A stretch of 59,951 bases of DNA from a virus (taxonomy: Duplodnaviria > Caudoviricetes): positions 1 to 59,951 of IMG/VR virus record IMGVR_UViG_3300030104_001479; one strand, written 5' to 3'. How positions within the stretch are numbered: the stretch's first letter is position 1; every line of letters begins with the position of its first letter. Positions 1 through 9,875 of the stretch are shown here, in pieces. The notes beneath the pieces were generated by a model. It was not told where the DNA came from. It saw only the letters and a program-made list of their open reading frames with translations, and ran no database searches. Position numbers and translations under genes: made by a program.

Positions 1-194
1 CAGGAAGCGGATATTCAGCAGGCGGCGGGACTCTTACTAATGTAACGCCTACATCAAGTAGCACCACAGCTTTTACGGACTTTGATGATCTAACTTTCAG
101 CACAGCGACCATAACAGCTAGAGGCGCACTTATTTATAATGATACTGCTGCTGGCGACCCTAGTATTGTTGTATTAGATTTTGGTGGTGATAAG
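1..194. repeat. Terminal overlap copy A (matches 59758-59951)
   Basis: 194-bp direct repeat of the window end, with mismatches at 77, 107, 131, 158 and 165; lies inside a CDS. Confidence 0.95.
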
Positions 195-269
195 ACATCT
201 ACTGCTGGTGATTTTAAAATTGTTATGCCTACGGCGGATGCTTCAAATGCGTTGATTAGGATTGCTTAA
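1..269 (+). CDS. 3' part of a ~144-aa putative virion structural protein that starts at 59592 and wraps through the overlap
   Basis: Frame continues ...DFGGDKTSTAGDFKIVMPTADASNALIRIA* to TAA at 267-269, overlapping the next ATG (TAATG). Confidence 0.8.
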   Translation, partial: GSGYSAGGGTLTNVTPTSSSTTAFTDFDDLTFSTATITARGALIYNDTAAGDPSIVVLDFGGDKTSTAGDFKIVMPTADASNALIRIA

Positions 270-994
270 TGTCTGGGGTTGGTTGGGGTCGCGCCGCATG
301 GGGTGATGGAACATGGGGTGAAGACACAACCGCCACCATTGTAATTGGAGGATGGGGTCGAGGCGCTTGGGGTGACGGCGCTTGGGGAGAATCTCTAGGA
401 CTTCAAGCGACAGGTCAGGTAGGAACAGTTTCTGCTGGGATTGTCGCTGGAGCAACAGTCAACGTAACTGGAGTTGCCGCTACTGGAGTGGTTGGTTCAG
501 CCAATGTTCTAGCTCCGGGGGAAGTGGCGGTAAGTAGTGTTGTAGCTACTGGGCAAGTAGGCAGCGTTACTGTACATCACAACGCTCAAATCTCGGCAAC
601 GGGAGTAGAGGCTACAGGAGAAGTTGGTAGCGCAGGAGTTTTAGAACAAACGGGAGTTTTTCCCACAGGTGTTTCGGGTACTGCTGAGCTGGGAACTTCG
701 TTTAGTGTTATCGCTCCCGCTAATGTTTCACCAACAGGATTGCAAGCGACAGGCGTACTTAATGGCGTTACTGTTGACTTGTTAATAGAAATACCTGTTA
801 CTGGCTTATCAGCCACATCAGAGATTGGTACGGCTTTTGTTGTAGAGGCTGCAACCAATGTATATCCGACAGGATTAAGTGCAACAGGTGAGGTAGGTAG
901 AGTCCTCGTCTGGCAAAACATTGATCCTTCGCAAAATCCTAACTGGATTAATATGACTCCTTCTCAAACACCAAATTGGACAAGCATCCCTTGA
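269..994 (+). CDS. Putative tail/virion protein with GWGxxxWG repeats and VxGVxATGxVG beta repeats
   Basis: 241 aa, G/T/V/A-rich; translationally coupled to neighbours in the structural block. Confidence 0.7.
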   Translation: MSGVGWGRAAWGDGTWGEDTTATIVIGGWGRGAWGDGAWGESLGLQATGQVGTVSAGIVAGATVNVTGVAATGVVGSANVLAPGEVAVSSVVATGQVGSVTVHHNAQISATGVEATGEVGSAGVLEQTGVFPTGVSGTAELGTSFSVIAPANVSPTGLQATGVLNGVTVDLLIEIPVTGLSATSEIGTAFVVEAATNVYPTGLSATGEVGRVLVWQNIDPSQNPNWINMTPSQTPNWTSIP

Positions 995-1011
995 TAACTT
1001 GAGGTAATGAA

Positions 1012-2001
1012 ATGGCAACTTACGCAAATGATTTAAGACTAAAAGAAATAGCGACAGGTGATGAAAGCGGAACGTGGGGTACATCTACCAACACGAACCT
1101 TTCGTTAGTGGCTGATGCTTTTAGTTATGGAACAAAGCAGATGGCTGCTGATTCCAATGAAACCTTTACGATGGCTGACGCTACGGCTGATCCTACCCGC
1201 TCCTTGTTTTTAAAGATTACTTCTGCGGTTTCTTTAACCACAACAAGAGAAGTTACTCTTGGCCCTAATACGGTATCCAAGGTCTGGATGATTGAGAACT
1301 CTACCACTGGCGGTCAGAGTATTACGATCAAGCAGGGTTCTGGTGGTACAGTAACGATTGCTAACGGCTCTAAAGCTTATGTCTATGCAGACGGAGCTGG
1401 CGCAGGAGCAGCAGTTATTGATGCTAACTTTACAGAAACTGGTGGAGGTACTGTTACTTCTATAGATGTTTCTGGAGGAACTACTGGGTTAACTTATAGT
1501 GGTGGCCCAATAACTTCTAGCGGAACCATCACTATGGCTGGAACCCTAGCGACTGCTAATGGAGGAACAGGTTCTACCGCGACTGCTTATTGTAACTTAG
1601 CTTCAAACGTCACAGGAACATTACCTACGGCTAACGGTGGTACAGGATCAACAGCAGTTCAGTATTGTGATCTTACTGCTAACGTGACAGGAGTATTACC
1701 TTTTGCTAACGGTGGTTCTGGCGCGATAACTCCTTTGTTGAAAGGAGTTAGTTACTCTGCGGTCAATAGAGATTACATCATAGCTACAGCGGGAGGAATT
1801 ACGATCACCTTGCCTTCTGGTCCATCGGCTGGAGATACCATTACAATTAAGGATGGAACTGGAGCTGCTGCAACTACAAGTTTTACTGTAGCCAGAAACG
1901 GTAGCAACATAGCCAGTTCAGCTACTGATCTGACGTTTGATAAAAACTTTACCGAAATTGTTATGACCTACATCGATGGAACCATTGGTTGGAGCGTATA
2001 A
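1012..2001 (+). CDS. Putative tail fibre protein
   Basis: GAGG RBS; three G(T/V)LxxANGG(T/S)G repeats; C-terminal ITLPxxPSAGD domain typical of phage fibres. Confidence 0.7.
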   Translation: MATYANDLRLKEIATGDESGTWGTSTNTNLSLVADAFSYGTKQMAADSNETFTMADATADPTRSLFLKITSAVSLTTTREVTLGPNTVSKVWMIENSTTGGQSITIKQGSGGTVTIANGSKAYVYADGAGAGAAVIDANFTETGGGTVTSIDVSGGTTGLTYSGGPITSSGTITMAGTLATANGGTGSTATAYCNLASNVTGTLPTANGGTGSTAVQYCDLTANVTGVLPFANGGSGAITPLLKGVSYSAVNRDYIIATAGGITITLPSGPSAGDTITIKDGTGAAATTSFTVARNGSNIASSATDLTFDKNFTEIVMTYIDGTIGWSV

Positions 2002-4284
2002 ATGACTAATTTAGCCGATCTGCTGCCCGCAGGTGGCGGTCAAAACAACACAGACTTTGTAGCCGATGGCAATATCAGTTCTGGTGCGCCTGTCATTCTT
2101 ACGGCGGCGGGGAAGGCTGCGGCGGTTAGTGAAAGTAGTATTTCAGCTTCATTAGGAACCCCTGTTAATTTTTATGCCGCTAGTACACAACACACGTCAA
2201 CAGCTTTCGATAGTACAAATAACAAAGTGGTTGTTGCCTATAGAAATGGGTTAAATGGTTGGTTATACGCAGTAGTTGGGACTGTTTCGGGTTCGGCTAT
2301 AAGTTGGGGAACCCCTGTAGCTGTAAATTCTGGCACTACCGAAATTACTAATCAGTCGTGCGTTTTTGATTCTAGTCAAAGCAAAATTGTTATTGTTTAT
2401 AAAGACAACGCAGCCAGTGATATTGGAAATGCAATTGTTGGTGAAGTAAGTGGAACTTCAATTTCTTTTGGGTCGGAGGTTACTTTTAATAATGCAACTA
2501 CTGAGTATCCAATTGCTATTTATGACAGCAATGCTCAAAAAGTAGTTATTGCTTATCGAGATTCGGGTAATTCAAATTACGGCACAGCTATTGTAGGGAC
2601 AGTTTCTGGAACGTCTATTAGCTTCGGCTCTGAATCGGTTTTTTTGACTCAAACTACAGACCTTATTTCAGGTGCTTTTGACAGTTCTACAAATCAGATA
2701 GTCCTTTCGTATCGTGATTATGCAAGTTCATTGTATTACGGTAAGTCTATAGTAGGAGCAGTGAGTGGAACCTCTATTTCTTTCGGAAGTCAGACAACTT
2801 TTGAAAGTGCCACTATTGGTTATACAGCAACTGCTTACGACAGTGCTGCCAATAAAATAGTTGTAGCGTGTCAAGACGTAGGTAATTCGTATTACGGCAC
2901 TGCTATTGTGGGTACTGTTAGTGGAACTTCAATTTCTTTTGGTAGTCCTGTTGTTTTCAATGCCGCCAACCCTACAGAATATATTGGTGCTTGTTTTGAT
3001 GCCAATGTAGGGACTGTCACTTTTATTTTTACTGATGGTGCGGGAGGCAATTATTATCCTACCTACATAGTTGGTACAGTAAGTGGTAACTCTATTTCAT
3101 TTGCCACTAAAGCGACAGTAGCTACTAACAGTTATAGCGCGGGTAATTCTTGTGCTGTTGACACTACAAGCAATAAGGTGATTTTGGGTTACGCTCAACC
3201 GGGAGTGGCGGGGGCTGGAGCTGTTTTACAGCCTTCTGGCACAAGCTCAAACCTCACCTCAACCAACCTCTTAGGCATTGCCTCTGGAGCCATCAGCGAC
3301 ACAGCTACAGGCACTATAAACACTTGGGGTTCTAGGAACGAGGTGCAAACAGGTTTGACAATAGGCTCTGATTACTACGTTCAAACGGACGGACGAATAG
3401 AGGCAGGAGTAACAAATATCGCTTACGATATTTCCTCGGCAACTTATACACAAAATTTTTCGGTTTCCTCACAAAGCACTGATCCAGTAGGTTTGCTGTT
3501 TAGTCCTGACGGAACAAGTATGTATGTGGTAAGTGGTGTTTTTCCACCGGGAGCTAAAAACATCTTTCAATATGCCTTAACCACTGCTTTTGATATTAGC
3601 ACCGCATCGTTGTCTAAAGATTTTGATGCTTCTGGTGAAGACTCACAAGCAAGGGGAATACAATTTAATTTAGATGGGACTAAAATGTTTATTAACGGAG
3701 TAACGGGGGATGCTTATTATCAATATTCTCTGTCTTCAGCATATGACATATCAACAGGGTCTTATGATTCAGTAAGTTTTAGTCTCTCTTCTCAAGATGG
3801 CAATATGGAAGATGTTGTTTTTAATGCAGATGGGACTAAGTTTTATGGAGTTGGATTAAACACCTATGCGATTTACCAATACTCTTGCTCTTCAGCTTTT
3901 GATTTGTCCACAGCGTCTTACGACTCAGTAAGCTTTAGTATTTCTTCGCAAGATAACAGCCCAAGAGATTTATTTTTTAAGCCTGATGGCAGCAAAATGT
4001 GGTTATTAGGGAGGCAAAACAATTCGATTTATCAGTATAGCCTTTCCTCGGCCTTTGATTTGTCTACAGCCTCTTACGATTCAATTAGTTTTTCTGTTAG
4101 TTCAGAAGAAACTACATCGGGAGGGTTAGCTTTTAGTGCTAATGGTGAGAAATTCTACGTTTGCGGCGGGACAGGTGATGACGTTAATCAATACGCCACA
4201 ACGGCTAATTCTTTTTCAACGGATCACCTTATCGGCAAAGCCATTACAGCCACACAGATTAACATTAAGGACTATACAGGATGA
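2002..4284 (+). CDS. Receptor-binding/tail-associated protein, paralog 1 (two beta-propeller-like repeat regions)
   Basis: Repeats GTVSGTSISFGS and YQYSLSSAFDLSTASYDSVSFS; N-terminus MTNLADLLPAG shared with the next two genes. Confidence 0.7.
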   Translation: MTNLADLLPAGGGQNNTDFVADGNISSGAPVILTAAGKAAAVSESSISASLGTPVNFYAASTQHTSTAFDSTNNKVVVAYRNGLNGWLYAVVGTVSGSAISWGTPVAVNSGTTEITNQSCVFDSSQSKIVIVYKDNAASDIGNAIVGEVSGTSISFGSEVTFNNATTEYPIAIYDSNAQKVVIAYRDSGNSNYGTAIVGTVSGTSISFGSESVFLTQTTDLISGAFDSSTNQIVLSYRDYASSLYYGKSIVGAVSGTSISFGSQTTFESATIGYTATAYDSAANKIVVACQDVGNSYYGTAIVGTVSGTSISFGSPVVFNAANPTEYIGACFDANVGTVTFIFTDGAGGNYYPTYIVGTVSGNSISFATKATVATNSYSAGNSCAVDTTSNKVILGYAQPGVAGAGAVLQPSGTSSNLTSTNLLGIASGAISDTATGTINTWGSRNEVQTGLTIGSDYYVQTDGRIEAGVTNIAYDISSATYTQNFSVSSQSTDPVGLLFSPDGTSMYVVSGVFPPGAKNIFQYALTTAFDISTASLSKDFDASGEDSQARGIQFNLDGTKMFINGVTGDAYYQYSLSSAYDISTGSYDSVSFSLSSQDGNMEDVVFNADGTKFYGVGLNTYAIYQYSCSSAFDLSTASYDSVSFSISSQDNSPRDLFFKPDGSKMWLLGRQNNSIYQYSLSSAFDLSTASYDSISFSVSSEETTSGGLAFSANGEKFYVCGGTGDDVNQYATTANSFSTDHLIGKAITATQINIKDYTG

Positions 4285-5771
4285 CGAATCTAAGCGATCT
4301 TTTTCCTGCGGGAGCGGGGAAGCAAGTAAGTTTCACGGCAAGTGGTAACGTCACCTCGTCAGGCAAGCCTGTTATCTTGAACAGTAATGGTACTGTGAGT
4401 GAGGTATCCCTAACTGCTTTTTCCAACGGGTCACCAACAGCTTTTTCAACCACAGCCAGTTTAGACGGCTACCCTGCTGCAACGTATGATCCTAACGCTG
4501 ATAGGATTGTTGTGATTTATCGAGATGCAAATGATGGGTATGTGGGAAAAGCAGTGGTAGGTCAAATAAGCGGTAACAGCGTGACCTATGGTACACCTAG
4601 CACTTTTTCTGGCAGTAATAGAATATACAACAATATGGTCTGCGCTTATTACCCAGCATTTCAAAAGATAGCGATTGTATACGCAGATATAGATAACAGC
4701 AGTTACATAAGTGGATTAACAGCAACAGTTGATCCTTCCGACAACAGTATTACTTTTGGAACAGTACAAGTTGGAATACTCGACACAGGAACTTGGAGTG
4801 GGCCAAAGAACCGACCTAGTTTGTCTTACGATACCGTAAACGATAAATTTTTATTGGCTTATATGAACACTGCGGGAAACGCTAGAGGTGTGATAATTGA
4901 TGGCACAGCCTTTACAAACTGGGGGACTCCAGCAAATATAGCCTCTGGCACAACGTGGGAATATGTAACAGCTACGTTTGATTCCAATGTAGGTAAATGG
5001 GTTATAGCAGCATCAGATGCGGGTAGTAATTTAGGTTATCTTTGGTTTGGTTCTGTATCAAGTTACACTTTCAGTGCTGCTAACCAAACTCAATTTTTAG
5101 CGTCACAACCAAAGTATATTAGCTTGGAATACATATCTTCCTTACAAAAATCAATTTTAGTTTACCAAGATGAAGGTAATTCTGACTACGGAACTTGTAA
5201 TATTGTTGACTCAAGCGCAGGGTCTAGCTTTACGATCGGAACAGCCACAACTTTTGCAACAACCGGAACGATTGATTATACAGGAGTTAATTATACTACT
5301 GGGGTTAAAGCACTCATAACCTATGAAGACGGTGGCAATTCAAACAAGGGAACTGCAAAAGAAGCGACTATAGATGCGTCAGGTAATTCTGTAACTTTTT
5401 CTTCTGCTTCAGTTTGGTCTACTTCAAGCGTAGATGTACTTTACCCTGTTTACGATCCTGACACCTCACAAGTTTATGTAAACTTCCTAGATGGAAACAA
5501 TTCTGGCAAAGGGTCTGGAATACTTTTAGCGCCAGCATCAACAAACGTCACTGCATCTAACTTCCTCGGCATATCAGACGCAGCCATTAGTAGCGCAGCC
5601 AGTGGGAACATCACAATCAAAGGCGGCATTGCAGCTACAGGTTTGAGTTCCTTGACTCCGGGCAGTGATTACTATGTCCAAGACGATGGGACAATAACGA
5701 CTGTGAGCAGTAGCGTCAAAGCGGGTAAAGCCCTGTCTGCCACAGCAATCAATTTGGAGTACACATCGTGA
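4281..5771 (+). CDS. Receptor-binding/tail-associated protein, paralog 2
   Basis: MTNLSDLFPAG N-terminus, YDP blade repeats, shared C-terminal GSDYYVQ..GKA motif. Confidence 0.7.
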   Translation: MTNLSDLFPAGAGKQVSFTASGNVTSSGKPVILNSNGTVSEVSLTAFSNGSPTAFSTTASLDGYPAATYDPNADRIVVIYRDANDGYVGKAVVGQISGNSVTYGTPSTFSGSNRIYNNMVCAYYPAFQKIAIVYADIDNSSYISGLTATVDPSDNSITFGTVQVGILDTGTWSGPKNRPSLSYDTVNDKFLLAYMNTAGNARGVIIDGTAFTNWGTPANIASGTTWEYVTATFDSNVGKWVIAASDAGSNLGYLWFGSVSSYTFSAANQTQFLASQPKYISLEYISSLQKSILVYQDEGNSDYGTCNIVDSSAGSSFTIGTATTFATTGTIDYTGVNYTTGVKALITYEDGGNSNKGTAKEATIDASGNSVTFSSASVWSTSSVDVLYPVYDPDTSQVYVNFLDGNNSGKGSGILLAPASTNVTASNFLGISDAAISSAASGNITIKGGIAATGLSSLTPGSDYYVQDDGTITTVSSSVKAGKALSATAINLEYTS

Positions 5772-8434
5772 GCAATTTATCTGATCTACTCCCCGCAGGA
5801 GCGGCAGCAAAACAACTGACCTTTACTGACAGCGGCAGCGGAATATCTTCAAAAGCGCCAGTAGTGCTTAATAGCGATGGGACGGTGAGTGAGGTAAGTG
5901 GGTCTTCGTCCACAGTCGGAAGTGAAACTCAAGTTCAAGCTTCTGCACCTAATGGTGCGCCCCAAGTTTGTGCTACTACAGGCGGTCAAGCAGTTGCTTT
6001 TGTAGATGATTCTATAACTGGGGAAGCTTACGTCTTGACGGGAAGCGGATCAACTATTACTAAATCAACCTCTAGTTATCAATATTCAAGCTCCCTCGTT
6101 TATAGCATATCTTGCTGTTACGATTCTGCAAACGATAAAGTGGTTGTGGGTTGGATGAATTTTTCAAATCCGACAAGGGCGCAATGGATTCGTGTAGGAA
6201 CGGTGTCAGGGACAGGTGCGAGTGCCTCCATTAGTTGGGGAACAGCAGTTAATTTTGCTAATCCTACGACCTATACCGGGCAGAATAGAATGGTTTACGA
6301 CCCTGATACGGGTAATGTTTGTATAGCTTACTATAACAACACAACCTACCTAACAGCTACTTGTGGGACGGTTTCTGGAACAAATATAACAATGGGTACG
6401 CCTGTGGTATTGGCTTCTGTTAATGTTGCGTCTAGTAATTTAGTTTATGACCCTAGCGCAGACAGAGTTGTTTTTACTTATGAAAAAAATGCTACTACTT
6501 TTAACTCACGGGTAGGGCAGATGTCAGGTTCTGGAGCGACTGCTACGGTGACGCTAGGGACAGAGCAAACAATTTTAAGTGGTAATTTTGGCACAATATT
6601 TCCCGTCTATGACCCCGATAACGCTAAAGTTTGTGTAGCTTACATACCAAACTCTACTGGCGCTTTAGATGTGATTGTAGGCACTGTAGATGGAGCGGCT
6701 AACTCTATTACTTGGGGAACACCCGCGACTGTGCAAGCGGCTGTAGATAATCTTGAACCTGCGGCCAGTAGCATAGCTGCCACTTACGATGAGAATACAG
6801 ATAAAATGGTTGTTACTTGGAGGCAAAACCCTTCGCCCTATTATTCATATATGCAAGGGGTGACGATTACAGGCACTACGCCTAGTGCGGGTACGAATAC
6901 TGTTATAGCCTCGTATAGTTCGCAACTGAAAAACATCGATTATGATTCTACGTTGCAATTAAGTTACTGTGTTATCGATAACGATACCTCTAATACTATA
7001 CCTTCTTTGTTAATTGCTCCCTCCTCAACAAACCTTTCCGCTCAATCTTTCGTAGGCGTAGCCGACAGCGCAATATCAGCCAGTGCTGCGGGTAGTGTAA
7101 TAGTTCAAGGTGGTACGGTTAGTGGGCCTACTGCCGAGGTTGTGGTTGCGGAAAATGTAGGCTCTGACATTTTGTGGGGAGATCAATCACAAGCTAATTA
7201 CGGCCCTACTGCTGCTTATGGTAGCAATGATGTTTTAGTCGGTTATTCCATTAATGATGGCGCTACTTACGGAGCGCGAGTAGTTGCTGGAACGATAGGT
7301 AGTGGCACAATATCTTTCGGAACTAATTCTGTAATTAGCGCGGATGCTTCAGTAGAAGCTTTATATTTTGGAATTGCATATGACACCACTAACGACACCT
7401 ATATCGTTAGTTGGTTTGACCATCAGGATAGTAGCAAACTATATGCGGCAGTGGTTTCTCTTACAGGAAATTCAATTAGCTACGGAGGGACAACTGCAAT
7501 AGTAACTACAGCTAATGTTGGAAATGCTTCCACACTAAGCGCAGTTTATGATCCAGACACACAAAGAGTGATTTTTACTTATTGCAGTGCAGTAGACCTT
7601 TATGCCTATGCCGTGGTTTGCGAAGCTAGTAGCACCGCAATTACGACAGTAGGGACACCTGCAAAAATTGACAGTTCTTCAGCAAATAACGGATATGCTA
7701 ACCGAATTGCGGCTTGTTATGACCCGACTGAAGATAAAATTATAGCTACTTATTGTTACTACGGTGGAGGCGGCACTTATTACTTACGCGCTGCTGCGGG
7801 TACGGTGACAGGTGGAGTTAGCAATTCTATTTCTTGGGGTTCAAGCGTACCTGTTCTTTCTCAGGAGGGGAACTACATTTATATTGCTTATAACGCCACC
7901 GATCAGAGAGTCGTTTTTAATTATCAAGACGCTACGGGTACTGGTTATTTGACATCATCAGTTGCTAGTGTAAGCGGCACAACAATTACAGTAGGTGGAA
8001 CAACAAGCACAATAACCACTTTAAACGGTTTTTATCCATCAGTTGTCCACGATGCTACTGTGAATAAGATGGTAAGTTATTATAGAGCTACCTCAACTTA
8101 TGGTTATGTTTCTTCTGGGGCTATAGATACAGCAACGAACACAATAACATACAGCACACCTACCCAAGTTACGTTTAAAACAGCAAATTTTGCAAATGCT
8201 ATTTATGATCCAACTACAGGCAAATGTATTTTCTTTTCTGCGGGCGGGAGTGCTACTGATCAATCGTGTCATATATATACCACGGCGGGTACGTTAACAG
8301 GCCAACCTCTAACAATAGGGACTAAATACTACGTCACCACATCAGGAACTTTTTCAAGTTCAGCAGACACGCCAAGCGTCAATGCAGGATTAGCAATTTC
8401 AACAACATCATTACTTTTAAACGGAGACTCTTAG
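5768..8434 (+). CDS. Receptor-binding/tail-associated protein, paralog 3 (two propeller regions)
   Basis: GTG start, MSNLSDLLPAG N-terminus, many YDP blades, LTIGTKYYV C-terminus. Confidence 0.7.
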   Translation: MSNLSDLLPAGAAAKQLTFTDSGSGISSKAPVVLNSDGTVSEVSGSSSTVGSETQVQASAPNGAPQVCATTGGQAVAFVDDSITGEAYVLTGSGSTITKSTSSYQYSSSLVYSISCCYDSANDKVVVGWMNFSNPTRAQWIRVGTVSGTGASASISWGTAVNFANPTTYTGQNRMVYDPDTGNVCIAYYNNTTYLTATCGTVSGTNITMGTPVVLASVNVASSNLVYDPSADRVVFTYEKNATTFNSRVGQMSGSGATATVTLGTEQTILSGNFGTIFPVYDPDNAKVCVAYIPNSTGALDVIVGTVDGAANSITWGTPATVQAAVDNLEPAASSIAATYDENTDKMVVTWRQNPSPYYSYMQGVTITGTTPSAGTNTVIASYSSQLKNIDYDSTLQLSYCVIDNDTSNTIPSLLIAPSSTNLSAQSFVGVADSAISASAAGSVIVQGGTVSGPTAEVVVAENVGSDILWGDQSQANYGPTAAYGSNDVLVGYSINDGATYGARVVAGTIGSGTISFGTNSVISADASVEALYFGIAYDTTNDTYIVSWFDHQDSSKLYAAVVSLTGNSISYGGTTAIVTTANVGNASTLSAVYDPDTQRVIFTYCSAVDLYAYAVVCEASSTAITTVGTPAKIDSSSANNGYANRIAACYDPTEDKIIATYCYYGGGGTYYLRAAAGTVTGGVSNSISWGSSVPVLSQEGNYIYIAYNATDQRVVFNYQDATGTGYLTSSVASVSGTTITVGGTTSTITTLNGFYPSVVHDATVNKMVSYYRATSTYGYVSSGAIDTATNTITYSTPTQVTFKTANFANAIYDPTTGKCIFFSAGGSATDQSCHIYTTAGTLTGQPLTIGTKYYVTTSGTFSSSADTPSVNAGLAISTTSLLLNGDS

Positions 8435-8435
8435 A

Positions 8436-8798
8436 ATGAGCCAGACTATTACACGAAATGACGGCAACGTAAGCGTTTATGTTTTTGACGACAGCGTTCA
8501 AGTCAATCTTTCAGCTACACCTAATGCCACTGTGCGTAACAATGGCGGCAACGATTTTGATATCGGTGACCTTAACGCAAGCAATGCCACTCTACACACG
8601 GGCGTAACTGCTCCAGATGGATGGGCAGGTGGTAAGCACACCTATGACGGCAGCTCTTGGGGTGATGTCAGCGGATGGGTTGATCCCGCAGCAGGAATGC
8701 TTGAGCAGGACAAAGTTCGCTACGCTGCTAACGCCACATACAGTTCTACTTTTACCGATGCAGTCCAAGCCGAAATAGATCGTATTAAAGCGTTGTAA
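8436..8798 (+). CDS. Hypothetical protein (possible tail-fibre accessory)
   Basis: 120-aa ORF with GGAG RBS, directly after the fibre genes. Confidence 0.55.
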   Translation: MSQTITRNDGNVSVYVFDDSVQVNLSATPNATVRNNGGNDFDIGDLNASNATLHTGVTAPDGWAGGKHTYDGSSWGDVSGWVDPAAGMLEQDKVRYAANATYSSTFTDAVQAEIDRIKAL

Positions 8799-8803
8799 AA
8801 GTT

Positions 8804-9604
8804 ATGAATGATGAGCGTTTTCTTTTAGAAACGGGGTGTAAGTATTCCACGCTTGCTTATGACGAAGAGGTTAAGAAAGGAATCAAGATAGAGTCAAGGT
8901 TGACATCGACTACCGCTTATGTGGTCAAGACAAAGACCTTAGATATTATTTGCTTTCGTGGCACACAACAGTTGGGAGATTGGTTGTTTAATATCTCAGC
9001 TATTCCTGTGCCTTATGCTGGTCGATTGTGTCATGGAGGATTTGTGGCTGCTCATGCGTCTGTGTGGAGAAAGATAAAGAAGCACATAGATTATGACAAG
9101 GACACGTTAATTTGCGGTCACAGTCTTGGTGGTGCTCTTGCTGAGTTGTCAGCAGCAAAGCTTCACAAGAAACACAGTCGTTTGAGTCTAGTTACTTTTG
9201 GAAAACCTAATACTTTCTTCAAAGGATTTAAGCGTCCCATGAATTTAGTAAAACAAGTTTCCTTGGTTTCTGGAAGCGATCTGGTAGCTAGGATACCTCG
9301 TTTGTGCTACGGAGCAAGCATTAGTCAGAAGATGATTTATTTTGCTAATAACGGCAAAGATATAATTAACCCATCGATTGAATTTAAAAAGAAAGACTTC
9401 TTGGATAACAAGGGTGAAGCTATATCAGATCATTTTATGCCGGGATACGAGATGCGGTTGTTTAATTTTATTGAGGCCGTGAGTAAAAAGAAACGACAAG
9501 CACAAACCTCAACCAAAAGTCGGGCTGCAAAGTCAGAGGACAGACTGACAAAGGAAGAACAGAGAGAGTTAAAGAAAATAATCGGGGAGGATATATATGA
9601 TTAG
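8804..9604 (+). CDS. Lipase class 3 (alpha/beta hydrolase)
   Basis: FRGT, HGGF, nucleophile elbow GHSLGG, TFGKP, DLVARIP and DH motifs. Confidence 0.85.
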   Translation: MNDERFLLETGCKYSTLAYDEEVKKGIKIESRLTSTTAYVVKTKTLDIICFRGTQQLGDWLFNISAIPVPYAGRLCHGGFVAAHASVWRKIKKHIDYDKDTLICGHSLGGALAELSAAKLHKKHSRLSLVTFGKPNTFFKGFKRPMNLVKQVSLVSGSDLVARIPRLCYGASISQKMIYFANNGKDIINPSIEFKKKDFLDNKGEAISDHFMPGYEMRLFNFIEAVSKKKRQAQTSTKSRAAKSEDRLTKEEQRELKKIIGEDIYD

Positions 9605-9812
9605 GTTAATGACGATATTAGTGTTCATGTTTTTGGGCAGTTGTTCTGTCTCTGAAGATATGATTGCCAATAAAGAACTATATTGTAGCGGAGTATACAA
9701 AGGTATACGGGCTGTCGGCAGAGTCACTACAGAAGTAACTACAGGCATTAGAGTACCTGACGTATGTGACACGATTGACGAAATCGTAGAGGAAGACGCT
9801 GAAAAAAAGTAG
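9597..9812 (+). CDS. Small lipoprotein (possible spanin component)
   Basis: Signal peptide with lipobox LGSC; GGGGAGG RBS; ends in A_AAA_AAG_TAG. Confidence 0.65.
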   Translation: MIRLMTILVFMFLGSCSVSEDMIANKELYCSGVYKGIRAVGRVTTEVTTGIRVPDVCDTIDEIVEEDAEKK

Positions 9813-9875
9813 CAAACAATCTTGAAGCTTTGCTAAAACTTTGGCTATTTCTCCGAACATAAAGAGGTTACTTAG

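Noticed and set aside
3560-4110. DGR template/variable repeat pair in a tail gene
   Set aside because: These are in-frame propeller blade repeats; differences are not adenine-specific and no reverse transcriptase was recognised
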